Shown in pieces: positions 1 through 7,961 of a DNA stretch of 14,430 bases. Under the pieces are notes generated by a model. It worked only from the letters and a program-made list of their open reading frames with translations. It was not told the DNA's origin and did no database searches. The translations under genes and the position numbers were made by a program. The stretch's first letter is position 1. Each line of letters opens with the position of its first letter. Origin of the DNA: an uncultured Deinococcales bacterium (lineage in GTDB: Bacteria > Deinococcota > Deinococci > Deinococcales > JAAFIG01); NCBI GenBank assembly GCA_964244895.1, contig CAXTKV010000029.1, positions 20,747 through 35,176 on the forward strand, given 5' to 3'.

Positions 1-100
1 CAGAGCGTGTGGTCGTCTGCACCAGCAGAGCGAAGCTAACGCTCGAGTATCAGCGATCAGTCACGCCTCTTGAACGGCTCAAGATGTGGCTTTTTTGCAT

Positions 101-152
101 GGGAACACCGTCCAGGACGCAATTCATGGCTCACGTCCAGGACGGTGTTCTC
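101..152. repeat. 52-bp dyad element, copy 1 (20-12-20)
   Basis: gggaacaccgtccaggacgc-aattcatggctc-acgtccaggacggtgttctc; 11 bp downstream of the ugpB stop. Confidence 0.9.
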
Positions 153-163
153 GGGAATCCGAT

Positions 164-1465
164 CTACTTGATGGCGGAGTTGTAGCGCACCAATGCGGCG
201 TCAGCCTTGACCTTGGCGTCCTTCAGGGCGTCCGCTGCGGGCTTGCCCTTGATGGCCTCCTCGACTGCCGCCTGCACGTACTGACGGATCTCCGGGAAGG
301 CGCCCATCAAGCATCCCGCCGAGTAGTTGTTGACCTTGCTGGTCTCGAGCTGGCGGATGGTGGTCGTGAAGTTCGGCTGCTTGACGTGCGCTTGACGCAC
401 TTCCGGGGTTTCGACCACGCCCTTGATCACGGGGAAGTACCCGGTCTTGAGATGCCAGTTGGCCTGCTGCTTGGGTTGCAGCAAGAAGTTGACGAAGGCC
501 CAGGTCGCCTTCAACTGATCCGCGTCCTGACCCTTGAGGGCGTAGAGGCTCGCGCCGCCGATGGACACGCCGTTGCGCTCCTTCAGGTACGGGTAAAACG
601 CGGTGCGCACCGCGAACTTGCCGCCGACCAGCTTGAGCGTGCCCGTCAGTCCCGCCGTGGATTGCACCGTGATGGCGGCCTGACCCTGCGCGAAGCTGCT
701 CTGCGCGTCCGCGCCGTTGCGCCCGACATTCGCCATCACGCCGTCCTTGACCAACCGCGCCCACCAGTCCACGAAGGCCACGTCCGCCGGGTTGGTGAAG
801 TTGACTTCCGTGGCGCGAGCCTTGCGCCCGTTCTCGTTGTTGCAGAAGTACTCGCCGGAGTTGTAGGAGAACTGCTCGACGAACCACGAATCGATCGCGA
901 TCGCGATGCCGTAGCGCGTGGTCTTGCCGGAATCGTCCTTGATGGTCAGCTTGCGCGCGGCGGCTTCCAGGTCGGCCAGCGTCCAGGAGTTGCGGTACTC
1001 GACGCCCGCCTTCTGGAACGCGTCCGAGTTGAAGTACACCAGCGGCGTGGAGGAATTGAACGGCATGGCGTTCAGCTTGCCATCCACGGTGTAGTAGTTG
1101 CGCGGTTGCGGCACGTACTTGTCGAGGTCGAAACCGTTGGCCTTGGCGATGTTCTCCAGGGGTTCGATCGCGCCGGAATCGACCATGGTTCTCGAGCCGA
1201 TGTCGTAGACCTGAATCACGTTCGGGACTTTGTTGGCGCGCAATCCGGCCAGGAGCTTGTTGATGCCGTCGTCGTAGCTGCCGACGTAGGTGCTCTTGAC
1301 CGTGTACGTGGACTGCGAATCGTTGAACTGCTTGACCAGACCTTCGGTGGCTTCGCCCAGCACGCCACCCATCGAATGCCAGAACTCGATGGTGGTTTTG
1401 CCCGTCTGCTGCGCGAGCGCAGCGGACAACGCGACGAGAACTCCTGCGAACAGGATCTTTTTCAT
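164..1465 (-). CDS. ugpB: ABC transporter substrate-binding protein, UgpB-like (glycerol-3-phosphate / glycerophosphodiester; CUT1 family)
   Basis: 433-aa ORF with a signal peptide (MKKILFAGVLVALSAALA). UgpB-type motifs: EFWHSMGG, NAMPFNSSTPLVYFN, IGGASL, TGYFP. AAGGGGGA SD just upstream. Follows two CUT1 permease genes. The substrate is inferred. Confidence 0.85.
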   Translation of the reverse strand: MKKILFAGVLVALSAALAQQTGKTTIEFWHSMGGVLGEATEGLVKQFNDSQSTYTVKSTYVGSYDDGINKLLAGLRANKVPNVIQVYDIGSRTMVDSGAIEPLENIAKANGFDLDKYVPQPRNYYTVDGKLNAMPFNSSTPLVYFNSDAFQKAGVEYRNSWTLADLEAAARKLTIKDDSGKTTRYGIAIAIDSWFVEQFSYNSGEYFCNNENGRKARATEVNFTNPADVAFVDWWARLVKDGVMANVGRNGADAQSSFAQGQAAITVQSTAGLTGTLKLVGGKFAVRTAFYPYLKERNGVSIGGASLYALKGQDADQLKATWAFVNFLLQPKQQANWHLKTGYFPVIKGVVETPEVRQAHVKQPNFTTTIRQLETSKVNNYSAGCLMGAFPEIRQYVQAAVEEAIKGKPAADALKDAKVKADAALVRYNSAIK

Positions 1466-1505
1466 ACATCCCCCTTGCGACCCGAGCGTCTGATGTCGCT
1501 CGAGT

Positions 1506-2357
1506 TCAACCTTTCAGGCCACCGAGCGCGATCCCTCTGACGAAGGCGCGCTGCGCGACCAGGAAAGCGATCAGTGTGGGCAGCAAGACCAGGATCGCGC
1601 CCGCCGCGACCACGTTCCACTGCGAGACCTCGTTGGAAACGATCATGCTGACGGCGATCTGCGCGGTCTGCATCTCCTTGGATTGCGTCGTCACGAGCGG
1701 CCAGAGGTACATGTTCCACGCGCCCAGAAAGGTCAGCGCCGCCAGCGCGCCCAGCGCGGAAGTCGAGAGCGGCACGGCCACGTGCCAGAGGGTTCTGAGG
1801 TGGCCCGCGCCGTCAATTTTGGCGGCGTCGAACAGATCCTGCGGCAGGCTCTTGATGAATTGGCGCACCAGGAAAATCCCCAGTGGGCTCGCCAGGAACG
1901 GCACGACCAGCGCGCCGTAGGTGTCCGTCCAGCCCAGGTTGTTGACGTGCAGATAAAGCGGCAAGAACGTGATCTCGCCCGGCACGAGCAGCAAGGCGAC
2001 GATCGCGCCGAAGATCAATTCGCGCGCCGGCAGTTTGACCCTCGCCAGCGCGTAACCTGCCGTGGCCGACGTGATCAGCACGCCCAGCGTGATCAGGCTC
2101 GAGACGAGCAAGCTGTTCAACAAGTACCGCCCGAGCGGGTAATGGGTCAACGCCGCGATGTACCCGTCGAGGGTCGGGTGCGGCGGGAAGAAGGTCGGCG
2201 CGTAGAGGTCGGCGTCCGTGCGGAAACTGGCGGAAAGAAGCGTCAACAAGGGCAGCACGATCAAGAGCGCGTACAGGCTGGTCACCAGGTAAAACGGAAC
2301 CTGGCGCAAGGCCTTGACGGTCTTCCGGTTCGACGGCGCGGGCAGGCTCGAGATCAT
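1506..2357 (-). CDS. ugpE: carbohydrate ABC transporter permease, UgpE/MalG-like
   Basis: Hydrophobic ORF with an EAA loop (LPQDLFDAAKIDGAG), FLGAWNMYLWPLV and a C-terminal QRAFVRGIALGGLKG. Start set at ATG 2357 (MISSLP...), which overlaps the upstream stop as ATGA, rather than at the ORF-track start 2498. Confidence 0.85.
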   Translation of the reverse strand: MISSLPAPSNRKTVKALRQVPFYLVTSLYALLIVLPLLTLLSASFRTDADLYAPTFFPPHPTLDGYIAALTHYPLGRYLLNSLLVSSLITLGVLITSATAGYALARVKLPARELIFGAIVALLLVPGEITFLPLYLHVNNLGWTDTYGALVVPFLASPLGIFLVRQFIKSLPQDLFDAAKIDGAGHLRTLWHVAVPLSTSALGALAALTFLGAWNMYLWPLVTTQSKEMQTAQIAVSMIVSNEVSQWNVVAAGAILVLLPTLIAFLVAQRAFVRGIALGGLKG

Positions 2358-3280
2358 TCGTAATGCACCTTCCGCCCGAAGAACCGGAATTGCAACGCCG
2401 CCAAGAGCAACAACGCCAGGAACAGCGTGAAGCCCTCGGCGGCGGCGTAAGTGAAGCGGAAGTTGAAGAACGCGTCCTGGTAGACGCGGTAAACCCACAC
2501 GAAGGTGCTTTCGGCGGGGCCGCCGCGCGTGAGGAGGTGAATTTGGCCGAAGGCCGTCAGGCTGCGGAACATGATCAGCAACCCGACCAGAAAAAGCGTC
2601 GGCGATAAAAGCGGCAGCGTGATCTTCCAGAACTGCGTCCAGCCGGTCGCGCCATCCAATCGCGCGGCCTCGTACAAATCTTCAGAGATGCCCTGCAAGC
2701 CCGCCGTCAAGAGGATCGCCACGAAGCCCACGCCCGCCCAGGCCGTGACCACCCCGAGCGTCCAGATGGCGTAGGAGCCGTCCGTCAGCCACGGCTGCGG
2801 TCCGATCCCGACCGCGCCGATGATCCGGTTGGCCCAGCCGCCGATCGGGTGCAGGAACCAGCCCCAGGCGACCGCCGCCACCGAAGTCGGTACGGCGGTG
2901 GTCAGAAAGAAGATCGTGCGAAAAAAGTTCACGCCCGCGAACGCCCGCCAGACCAGCAACGCCGCGCACAGGCCCAGCAGCAACTCGAGCGGCGCGACGA
3001 CCAGCGTGAATTTGAGGGTCGTCAGCACGCTCGCCCAGAATTCGGGGCGGTTGGCCAGTTCCAGGTAATTGGTCAACCCGGCCCACTCGCGGCTGCGCCC
3101 GAACAGGTCTTCTTTCTGGAACGAAAGAAGCGCGCCCGACAGCGCGGGCCAGACCACGAAGCTCGAGAGCAGCAATACGGCGGGCAGCAAGAGCACCGCG
3201 CCCTCGAGCCACTCGCCGCGGTCGCGTCGGCTGGATCGTCGAGGACTGGACGTGGAGGTGATCGGCAGGCCGCGTTCCAT
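2354..3280 (-). CDS. ugpA: carbohydrate ABC transporter permease, UgpA/MalF-like
   Basis: 308-aa membrane protein with an EAA loop (LQGISEDLYEAARLDGA), ITLPLLSPTLF, LLTRGGP and a C-terminal RKVHYE typical of UgpA. Confidence 0.85.
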   Translation of the reverse strand: MERGLPITSTSSPRRSSRRDRGEWLEGAVLLLPAVLLLSSFVVWPALSGALLSFQKEDLFGRSREWAGLTNYLELANRPEFWASVLTTLKFTLVVAPLELLLGLCAALLVWRAFAGVNFFRTIFFLTTAVPTSVAAVAWGWFLHPIGGWANRIIGAVGIGPQPWLTDGSYAIWTLGVVTAWAGVGFVAILLTAGLQGISEDLYEAARLDGATGWTQFWKITLPLLSPTLFLVGLLIMFRSLTAFGQIHLLTRGGPAESTFVWVYRVYQDAFFNFRFTYAAAEGFTLFLALLLLAALQFRFFGRKVHYE

Positions 3281-3286
3281 TGCGGG

Positions 3287-3292
3287 AGGCTA
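3287..3292 (-). promoter_or_regulatory. -10 box (TAGCCT) of a probable leaderless promoter for ugpA-ugpE-ugpB
   Basis: TAGCCT-cccgca-ATG: a TAnnnT box 6 nt before the start codon, with no SD. Confidence 0.6.
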
Positions 3293-3366
3293 AGGCGCGA
3301 ATGTCAGCGCATCGTTTGCTCGTGAGAGAAGGCTCGATCTCGGGCGAGCGGGATTGATCCGATCTC

Positions 3367-3418
3367 GAGGACACCGTCCAGGACGCACTTTTAAGAACGC
3401 GTGCTGGACGGTGTTCTC
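3367..3418. repeat. 52-bp dyad element, copy 2
   Basis: gaggacaccgtccaggacgc-acttttaagaac-gcgtgctggacggtgttctc. Confidence 0.9.
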
Positions 3419-3476
3419 CAAAGGGCGCAGCGAACTCTCGCACCTGAGGCGCGATCTCGAGGGATCGTTCCGCACG

Positions 3477-3541
3477 AGGACAACCTCAAGGGTTCACCCT
3501 ACAAAACCGTTTCCTGCAAGGGCGAACCCTGTGTTCGCCCT
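3477..3541. repeat. GTAG-type REP doublet (inverted pair, 13-nt spacer)
   Basis: Minus-strand GTAGGGTGAACCCTTGAGGTTGTCCT (3477-3502), spacer aaaaccgtttcct, plus-strand GCAAGGGCGAACCCTGTGTTCGCCCT (3516-3541). Confidence 0.75.
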
Positions 3542-3579
3542 TCCCTCTCGGCGCAGAACACGGCTCGAGGCGGAACGCT

Positions 3580-4995
3580 TCAACTGCGGGCGGGAACGTA
3601 GATCGGGTTGGTCAAGGCCAGCGTGTGCTGCCAGTCGCGCCCCGCACCGGGCGCGATCACCTGCGCGGGTCGCGCGAAGACCTCGAGTCGGTAGTAGGCG
3701 TCGGCGCGTCCGGGCGCGTCGACGCAGGTCAGGACGCGAGGCTCGAGGCCGGCTGGAACGTCGAAGTGTTTGTGGTAAAACCCGTTCTTCATCAGGATGG
3801 CGCGCGCCGGGTGCGCCAGGTGCTCGAGGCCGATCTCGAAGCGCACCTCCGAATCCGCGACCAGTTCGTCACCGATGCCCGCGCGGGTGCTGCCCGAGAC
3901 GGCCTCGAACGCGACCTTCGGCCCGAGCGAGACGTAAGCTCGACCGCGCCGCAGACCCTCGATGATCGCGTGCGGCTCCAGGGATTCGGCGTGAACCACC
4001 GTGAAGACCTGCCCGAGCCTGTGGCGTCCCGCGAAGGGATCGTGCGAGTCCGTCCCGGCGACGCCCGTGATGCGATGCCCCGCGCGCAGCAGGCTGTCCC
4101 ACAGCCCGAGTTGCGAGGTGTTGCCCTCGCCTTCGAGGTGGTGGTAGACCTCCATAGAATCGGCGTTCGCCCAGTCGAAGTCGTGATAGCGCCAGCCCAG
4201 ATCGAGCGCGAAAGCGTGGTTAACGCAGAACAACCCGCCCTGCTCTCGGGTTTGACGGGCGGCGTCGTTGATGGTCCAGCCGCCGGATGGCCCCGTACCG
4301 GACGGGTCGTCCACGAACGGGTTGACCCACGTCTCCAGGCCGTGCATGTTGGCGTGCCCCGCGTGACCCGTCAACTCGAGCCCGCGCATCAGGCAGAGCT
4401 GTTCATCGCTGAGCGCCTCGAGTTCGGGCCATCCGGCGGTCGTGAAGTGATCGGTCAGCGCCAGAAAATCCAGGCCGTAACGCCGCGCGGCGCGCACGAC
4501 ATCCTGGACGCTGGCCTTGCCGTCGCTGTGGTGGCTGTGGCTGTGCAACTCGCCGCGATACCAGCCCGCGCCAGCCCGACCGTTGCTGGCGGCTCGGGCG
4601 GCTGGCTCGAGCTTCGCGCTTTGATCCGATGCGCGGCTCGCCTCGATGGTGACCGAATAATCCGCCTCGTGTTCGGTGCGCTCGAGCGAGAGTTGCACCC
4701 GCCACGCGCCCGGCGTGATCGGCCCGGCGATGGCACCCAGGCTGGCGAAGTTTTCCCCGAATTCCAGTTCCGGCGCGATCTCGCCGATGGCTCCGGGCAG
4801 CATCCTCGAGCCCCGATAACCGTCCGGGCCGAAGACGTGCAGGTACAACTGGCAGACGCCATCCTTGCGGTAGCGCAACGTCGCGCGCAAACGTTTTACA
4901 CCGTCCGGGACGGTAAATTCGTGATCGAAATACGCCTGGGTCGTCGCGGGCGCGACGCGACCGCGAAATTCGGCGATCAATTCGGGTTCCGTCAC
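3580..4995 (-). CDS. PHP-domain metallo-phosphoesterase (CehA/McbA-like family)
   Basis: PHP motifs: GELHSHSHHSDG, LALTDH, GLELT..HAN, NHA, GTDSH. The GTG start overlaps the GDPD stop (GTGA at 4992-4995). Confidence 0.85.
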   Translation of the reverse strand: MTEPELIAEFRGRVAPATTQAYFDHEFTVPDGVKRLRATLRYRKDGVCQLYLHVFGPDGYRGSRMLPGAIGEIAPELEFGENFASLGAIAGPITPGAWRVQLSLERTEHEADYSVTIEASRASDQSAKLEPAARAASNGRAGAGWYRGELHSHSHHSDGKASVQDVVRAARRYGLDFLALTDHFTTAGWPELEALSDEQLCLMRGLELTGHAGHANMHGLETWVNPFVDDPSGTGPSGGWTINDAARQTREQGGLFCVNHAFALDLGWRYHDFDWANADSMEVYHHLEGEGNTSQLGLWDSLLRAGHRITGVAGTDSHDPFAGRHRLGQVFTVVHAESLEPHAIIEGLRRGRAYVSLGPKVAFEAVSGSTRAGIGDELVADSEVRFEIGLEHLAHPARAILMKNGFYHKHFDVPAGLEPRVLTCVDAPGRADAYYRLEVFARPAQVIAPGAGRDWQHTLALTNPIYVPARS

Positions 4996-5786
4996 GACTT
5001 CACCTCGAGTTTCGGCACGTCCGGCGCGCCCGTCTCTGGCTTCGCGGCTCGGGCGCGCGCCACCTCCGCGAACAGATCGGGACGGTTGCTGGTCAGGCCG
5101 TCCGCGCCCAAGTCCAGGCAGGCGTGCATGTCCTGTGGGCGATCTATCGTCCAGGCCAGCACCGCCAGCCCGTGCGCGTGCAGCCGCGACATCAATCCGG
5201 GCTCGAGCAACCGTCCGTCCACCGTCACGGCGTCCGTGTCGATCTGGGATTCGTCCGCGATGCCGTAGGCGGTCTTCCAGTGGCCGCTCAGGGTCAGCGA
5301 CGTGCCGATGCCGGGTGCCAGCCGCCTGATCTCGCGCAGGCTGCGCCAGTAGCCGCCGCAGACGATCACGGGATCGAATTGCTGGTCGCGCACGATCCGG
5401 GTGATCGGCACCTCGAGCGAATCGGCCTTGAGGTCAATCATCAGCCCAGCCCGACCGCGCACGATCTCGATGGCCTGCGCCAGATCGATCACGCGCTGCC
5501 CATCGCCGATGTCGATGGCCTGAAGCTCCTCCAGGCTCGAGTGCGCGATCAGGCGTTCCGCACCGTCCGCGTCGGTCATTTCGGCATCGTGCCAGAGCAC
5601 GATGCTGCCATCTCGGGTGGCGTGCACGTCAATTTCGATCAGGTCCACGCCGATCTGCGCGGCGGCCTCGATCGCCCGCGCGGAATTGCCGGGCGCGACC
5701 TGCGGCGCGCCCCGGTGCGCGGTGCGAATCCAGTCTTTGGCCTGAAGTTTTTGCGCCAGCACTTCCGGTAGTTTTTCCCCGATCAC
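4992..5786 (-). CDS. glycerophosphodiester phosphodiesterase (GDPD; UgpQ/GlpQ family)
   Basis: Motifs: AHRGA..PGNS, IEIDVHATRDG..LWHD, WTID, GADGLTSNRP. Start set at GTG 5786, which has a GGAG SD upstream. The longer ORF-track start (5909) overlaps the upstream gene. Confidence 0.88.
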   Translation of the reverse strand: MIGEKLPEVLAQKLQAKDWIRTAHRGAPQVAPGNSARAIEAAAQIGVDLIEIDVHATRDGSIVLWHDAEMTDADGAERLIAHSSLEELQAIDIGDGQRVIDLAQAIEIVRGRAGLMIDLKADSLEVPITRIVRDQQFDPVIVCGGYWRSLREIRRLAPGIGTSLTLSGHWKTAYGIADESQIDTDAVTVDGRLLEPGLMSRLHAHGLAVLAWTIDRPQDMHACLDLGADGLTSNRPDLFAEVARARAAKPETGAPDVPKLEVKS

Positions 5787-5808
5787 GTTCGCTCCGTTTT
5801 GCACAAGG

Positions 5809-6774
5809 TTACTCGAGTTCGATGGTTTCACCGATGGCGGGCACGCGCACGTCGCCGGGCAGGTCGCGCTCGAGCCAGACGCGCTGCGCTTCGCCTTGCC
5901 AGTGCGCATCTTCCCAGCCGAAACCCGCGCCGGGCTCGTCCTCGTGGCCGCTCAGGTGAACCAGCCAGGTGTGCTTGGGATTCAAGGCTCGCGCGAAGCC
6001 CTGCACCAGCCCAAACGAGGCGTGGCTGGCGGGCCGACCATCCGGGTTCGTGTGGTACGCCCAGGTGTTCGAGTCGAAGAAAACGTGATCCGCGCCCTGA
6101 AGCCGCTGGACGGTTTGCTGTTGGTGCTCTTCTGGTTTTTCCAGCCACAGGTTGGTCGCGTCCAGATCCCACAAGAACGCCACCTTGAACCCCGGCGCTT
6201 CCATAATGTAGCCCGCGCAGCACGGGTGCGGTTCACCCGCGCGTTCCGGGTGCACGTCAGCCGTGTAGTGCGATGTCGAGATCGGCGTCAGGCTCAAACC
6301 CGGCGCGACCGGGATCGGCTCGAGCATCGTTCCTTTGGGTTCCGCCGCACCGAAGGCGCGCAGCTCGAGCCCAGCCGTGTGCAGGTGCGGGTACTGCCGC
6401 TCCAGCCAGGCCGCACTGCCCGAGCGGCACCAGACGGGCACGGGCGTCACCGGCTCACCGCGCCGCCTGCGGGATCGCGCCCAGGTCGTGCTGAGGCGCG
6501 TCAGTTCGGAGGTGTGATCCGAATGCCAGTGCGTCAAAACCACCGCGTCCAGGCGCGGTTCCTCGAGCAGCGCCGCGGATTGCAGCAGGCTGTCCGTCAC
6601 GCCGGAACCCGCGTCGAACAGCACGTGCAAGGCCACCCGGCCCTGAATGTCCCGACCGATCAACGACACGGACGTGTTCGCGCCTCGGGTTCGTCTGGCG
6701 CAGCGCGCGCAACCGCAGCCGAATTCCTTGATGTACGCGTTGTCCAGACCGTTGACCTGCAATGCGTAATGCAC
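5809..6774 (-). CDS. metallo-beta-lactamase-fold hydrolase, PhnP/PqqB-like (probable phosphodiesterase)
   Basis: HxHxDH motif (THWHSDH), LFDAG, and an N-terminal CxCxxC (FGCGCARC) as in PhnP/PqqB. GTG 6774 has GGAGG 5 nt upstream. Alternative start is TTG 6786. Confidence 0.8.
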   Translation of the reverse strand: MHYALQVNGLDNAYIKEFGCGCARCARRTRGANTSVSLIGRDIQGRVALHVLFDAGSGVTDSLLQSAALLEEPRLDAVVLTHWHSDHTSELTRLSTTWARSRRRRGEPVTPVPVWCRSGSAAWLERQYPHLHTAGLELRAFGAAEPKGTMLEPIPVAPGLSLTPISTSHYTADVHPERAGEPHPCCAGYIMEAPGFKVAFLWDLDATNLWLEKPEEHQQQTVQRLQGADHVFFDSNTWAYHTNPDGRPASHASFGLVQGFARALNPKHTWLVHLSGHEDEPGAGFGWEDAHWQGEAQRVWLERDLPGDVRVPAIGETIELE

Positions 6775-6888
6775 ACCAGCCTCCAATGAATACGCGAGTA
6801 TCAGTAACAGCCGCGTGTCAGAGAAGGGTCACGCCGAAGCGGCAAGCGCAGAACGGTTTTTCGCATGCTCCGGCTCGTGCGGCATGAA

Positions 6889-6940
6889 GAGAACACCGTC
6901 CAGCACGTGTTCCATAATCTGCGTGCTGGACGGTGTTCTC
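6889..6940. repeat. 52-bp dyad element, copy 3
   Basis: gagaacaccgtccagcacgt-gttccataatct-gcgtgctggacggtgttctc. Confidence 0.9.
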
Positions 6941-7043
6941 GAGTTCGTTGCGCGTTCGCAGATTGGGCTCGAGCGCGCATCAATCCAAGCGACATCGTTC
7001 ACAGCCTCGAACGCGCGATGCCCAACCGCCTCGAGCTTCAACG

Positions 7044-7589
7044 TCAGTTCACGCTCGTTGCTTCTCGCGCAATCGAGTAGATCAGCGTCGGGATGCCGTC
7101 ACCGCCGATGCCTTCGACTTCTTTTTCTAAGCTCATGCCGATCCGTTCCGCGACCCGGCGCGAGGCCAGGTTCTCCGGGTCGATCAGCGCGATCAGGCGC
7201 TCGAGGTTCAACCGTTCAAACCCATACCGCACGATGGCCCGCGCCGCTTCCGTCGCCAGGCCCTGGCCCCAGTAACGCTTGTCCAGCAGGTACGCCACCT
7301 CGACCTCGTGACGACCCTCGATCTCCCAGGGCAGCAGGCCACAGCGACCGATGAACGCGCCCGTTTCTTTCTCGATGGTCGCCCAGAGACCCAGCTCCGG
7401 GTGCGGAGGATGGGCGTCTATGAACCACTCGAGTTCCCGCCGGGTTTCTTCGAGGCTCAGGACGCCTTCGGGAAAATACCGCCGGACTTCCTCGTCGCGG
7501 TACAGCGCAGACAGCGCTTCCAGATCGTCCATCCTGAGCCGTCTGAGGGCGAGCCTTCGGGTCTCGAGCACGGTATGGATTTCGTTCAT
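7044..7589 (-). CDS. GNAT family N-acetyltransferase (RimJ/RimL-like)
   Basis: LETRRLALRRL, FIGRCGL, EVAYLL..YWGQGLATEAA, ENLASRRVAERIGM. ATG 7589 has a GGGGAG SD. Confidence 0.9.
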   Translation of the reverse strand: MNEIHTVLETRRLALRRLRMDDLEALSALYRDEEVRRYFPEGVLSLEETRRELEWFIDAHPPHPELGLWATIEKETGAFIGRCGLLPWEIEGRHEVEVAYLLDKRYWGQGLATEAARAIVRYGFERLNLERLIALIDPENLASRRVAERIGMSLEKEVEGIGGDGIPTLIYSIAREATSVN

Positions 7590-7710
7590 TGTCGAATACT
7601 CCCCAGGTTGTTCACGCGAGTGTCGGAATCGCGGCGCTCGCAACCGAATCTAGTCGTCTCACGCCCACATCTGCATCCGCAAAATGGGGTAGTTGACGCG
7701 AGCCATATCA

Positions 7711-7762
7711 GGGAACACCGTCCAGCACACGGTTTAGAGGATGCGTCCTGGACGGTGTTCTC
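7711..7762. repeat. 52-bp dyad element, copy 4
   Basis: gggaacaccgtccagcacac-ggtttagaggat-gcgtcctggacggtgttctc. Confidence 0.9.
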
Positions 7763-7861
7763 GAGTACGCGATTTTTGCGATGCTCCGAAACCATTCCGA
7801 TTCAATACGCTCGAGACGGCGAACATTTTCGTTTCGGCACGCTCGAGCGACGGATGGCGAA

Positions 7862-7898
7862 AGATCCTTCGCTGCACTCAGGATGACAGTCGAAGGAT
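7862..7898 (-). repeat. TGTC/CGTC-type REP-like palindromic unit
   Basis: The minus strand reads TGTCATCCTGAGTGCAGCGAAGGATCT (7862-7888), a form I recognise as a widespread intergenic repeat. atccttcg (7864-7871) also pairs with cgaaggat (7891-7898). Confidence 0.55.
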
Positions 7899-7961
7899 TC
7901 GCCCGCGCCCAAAACGAGAGCGCCCTCGAGCAGCGCTGCTCAAGGGCGCTCCGAACGGTCT

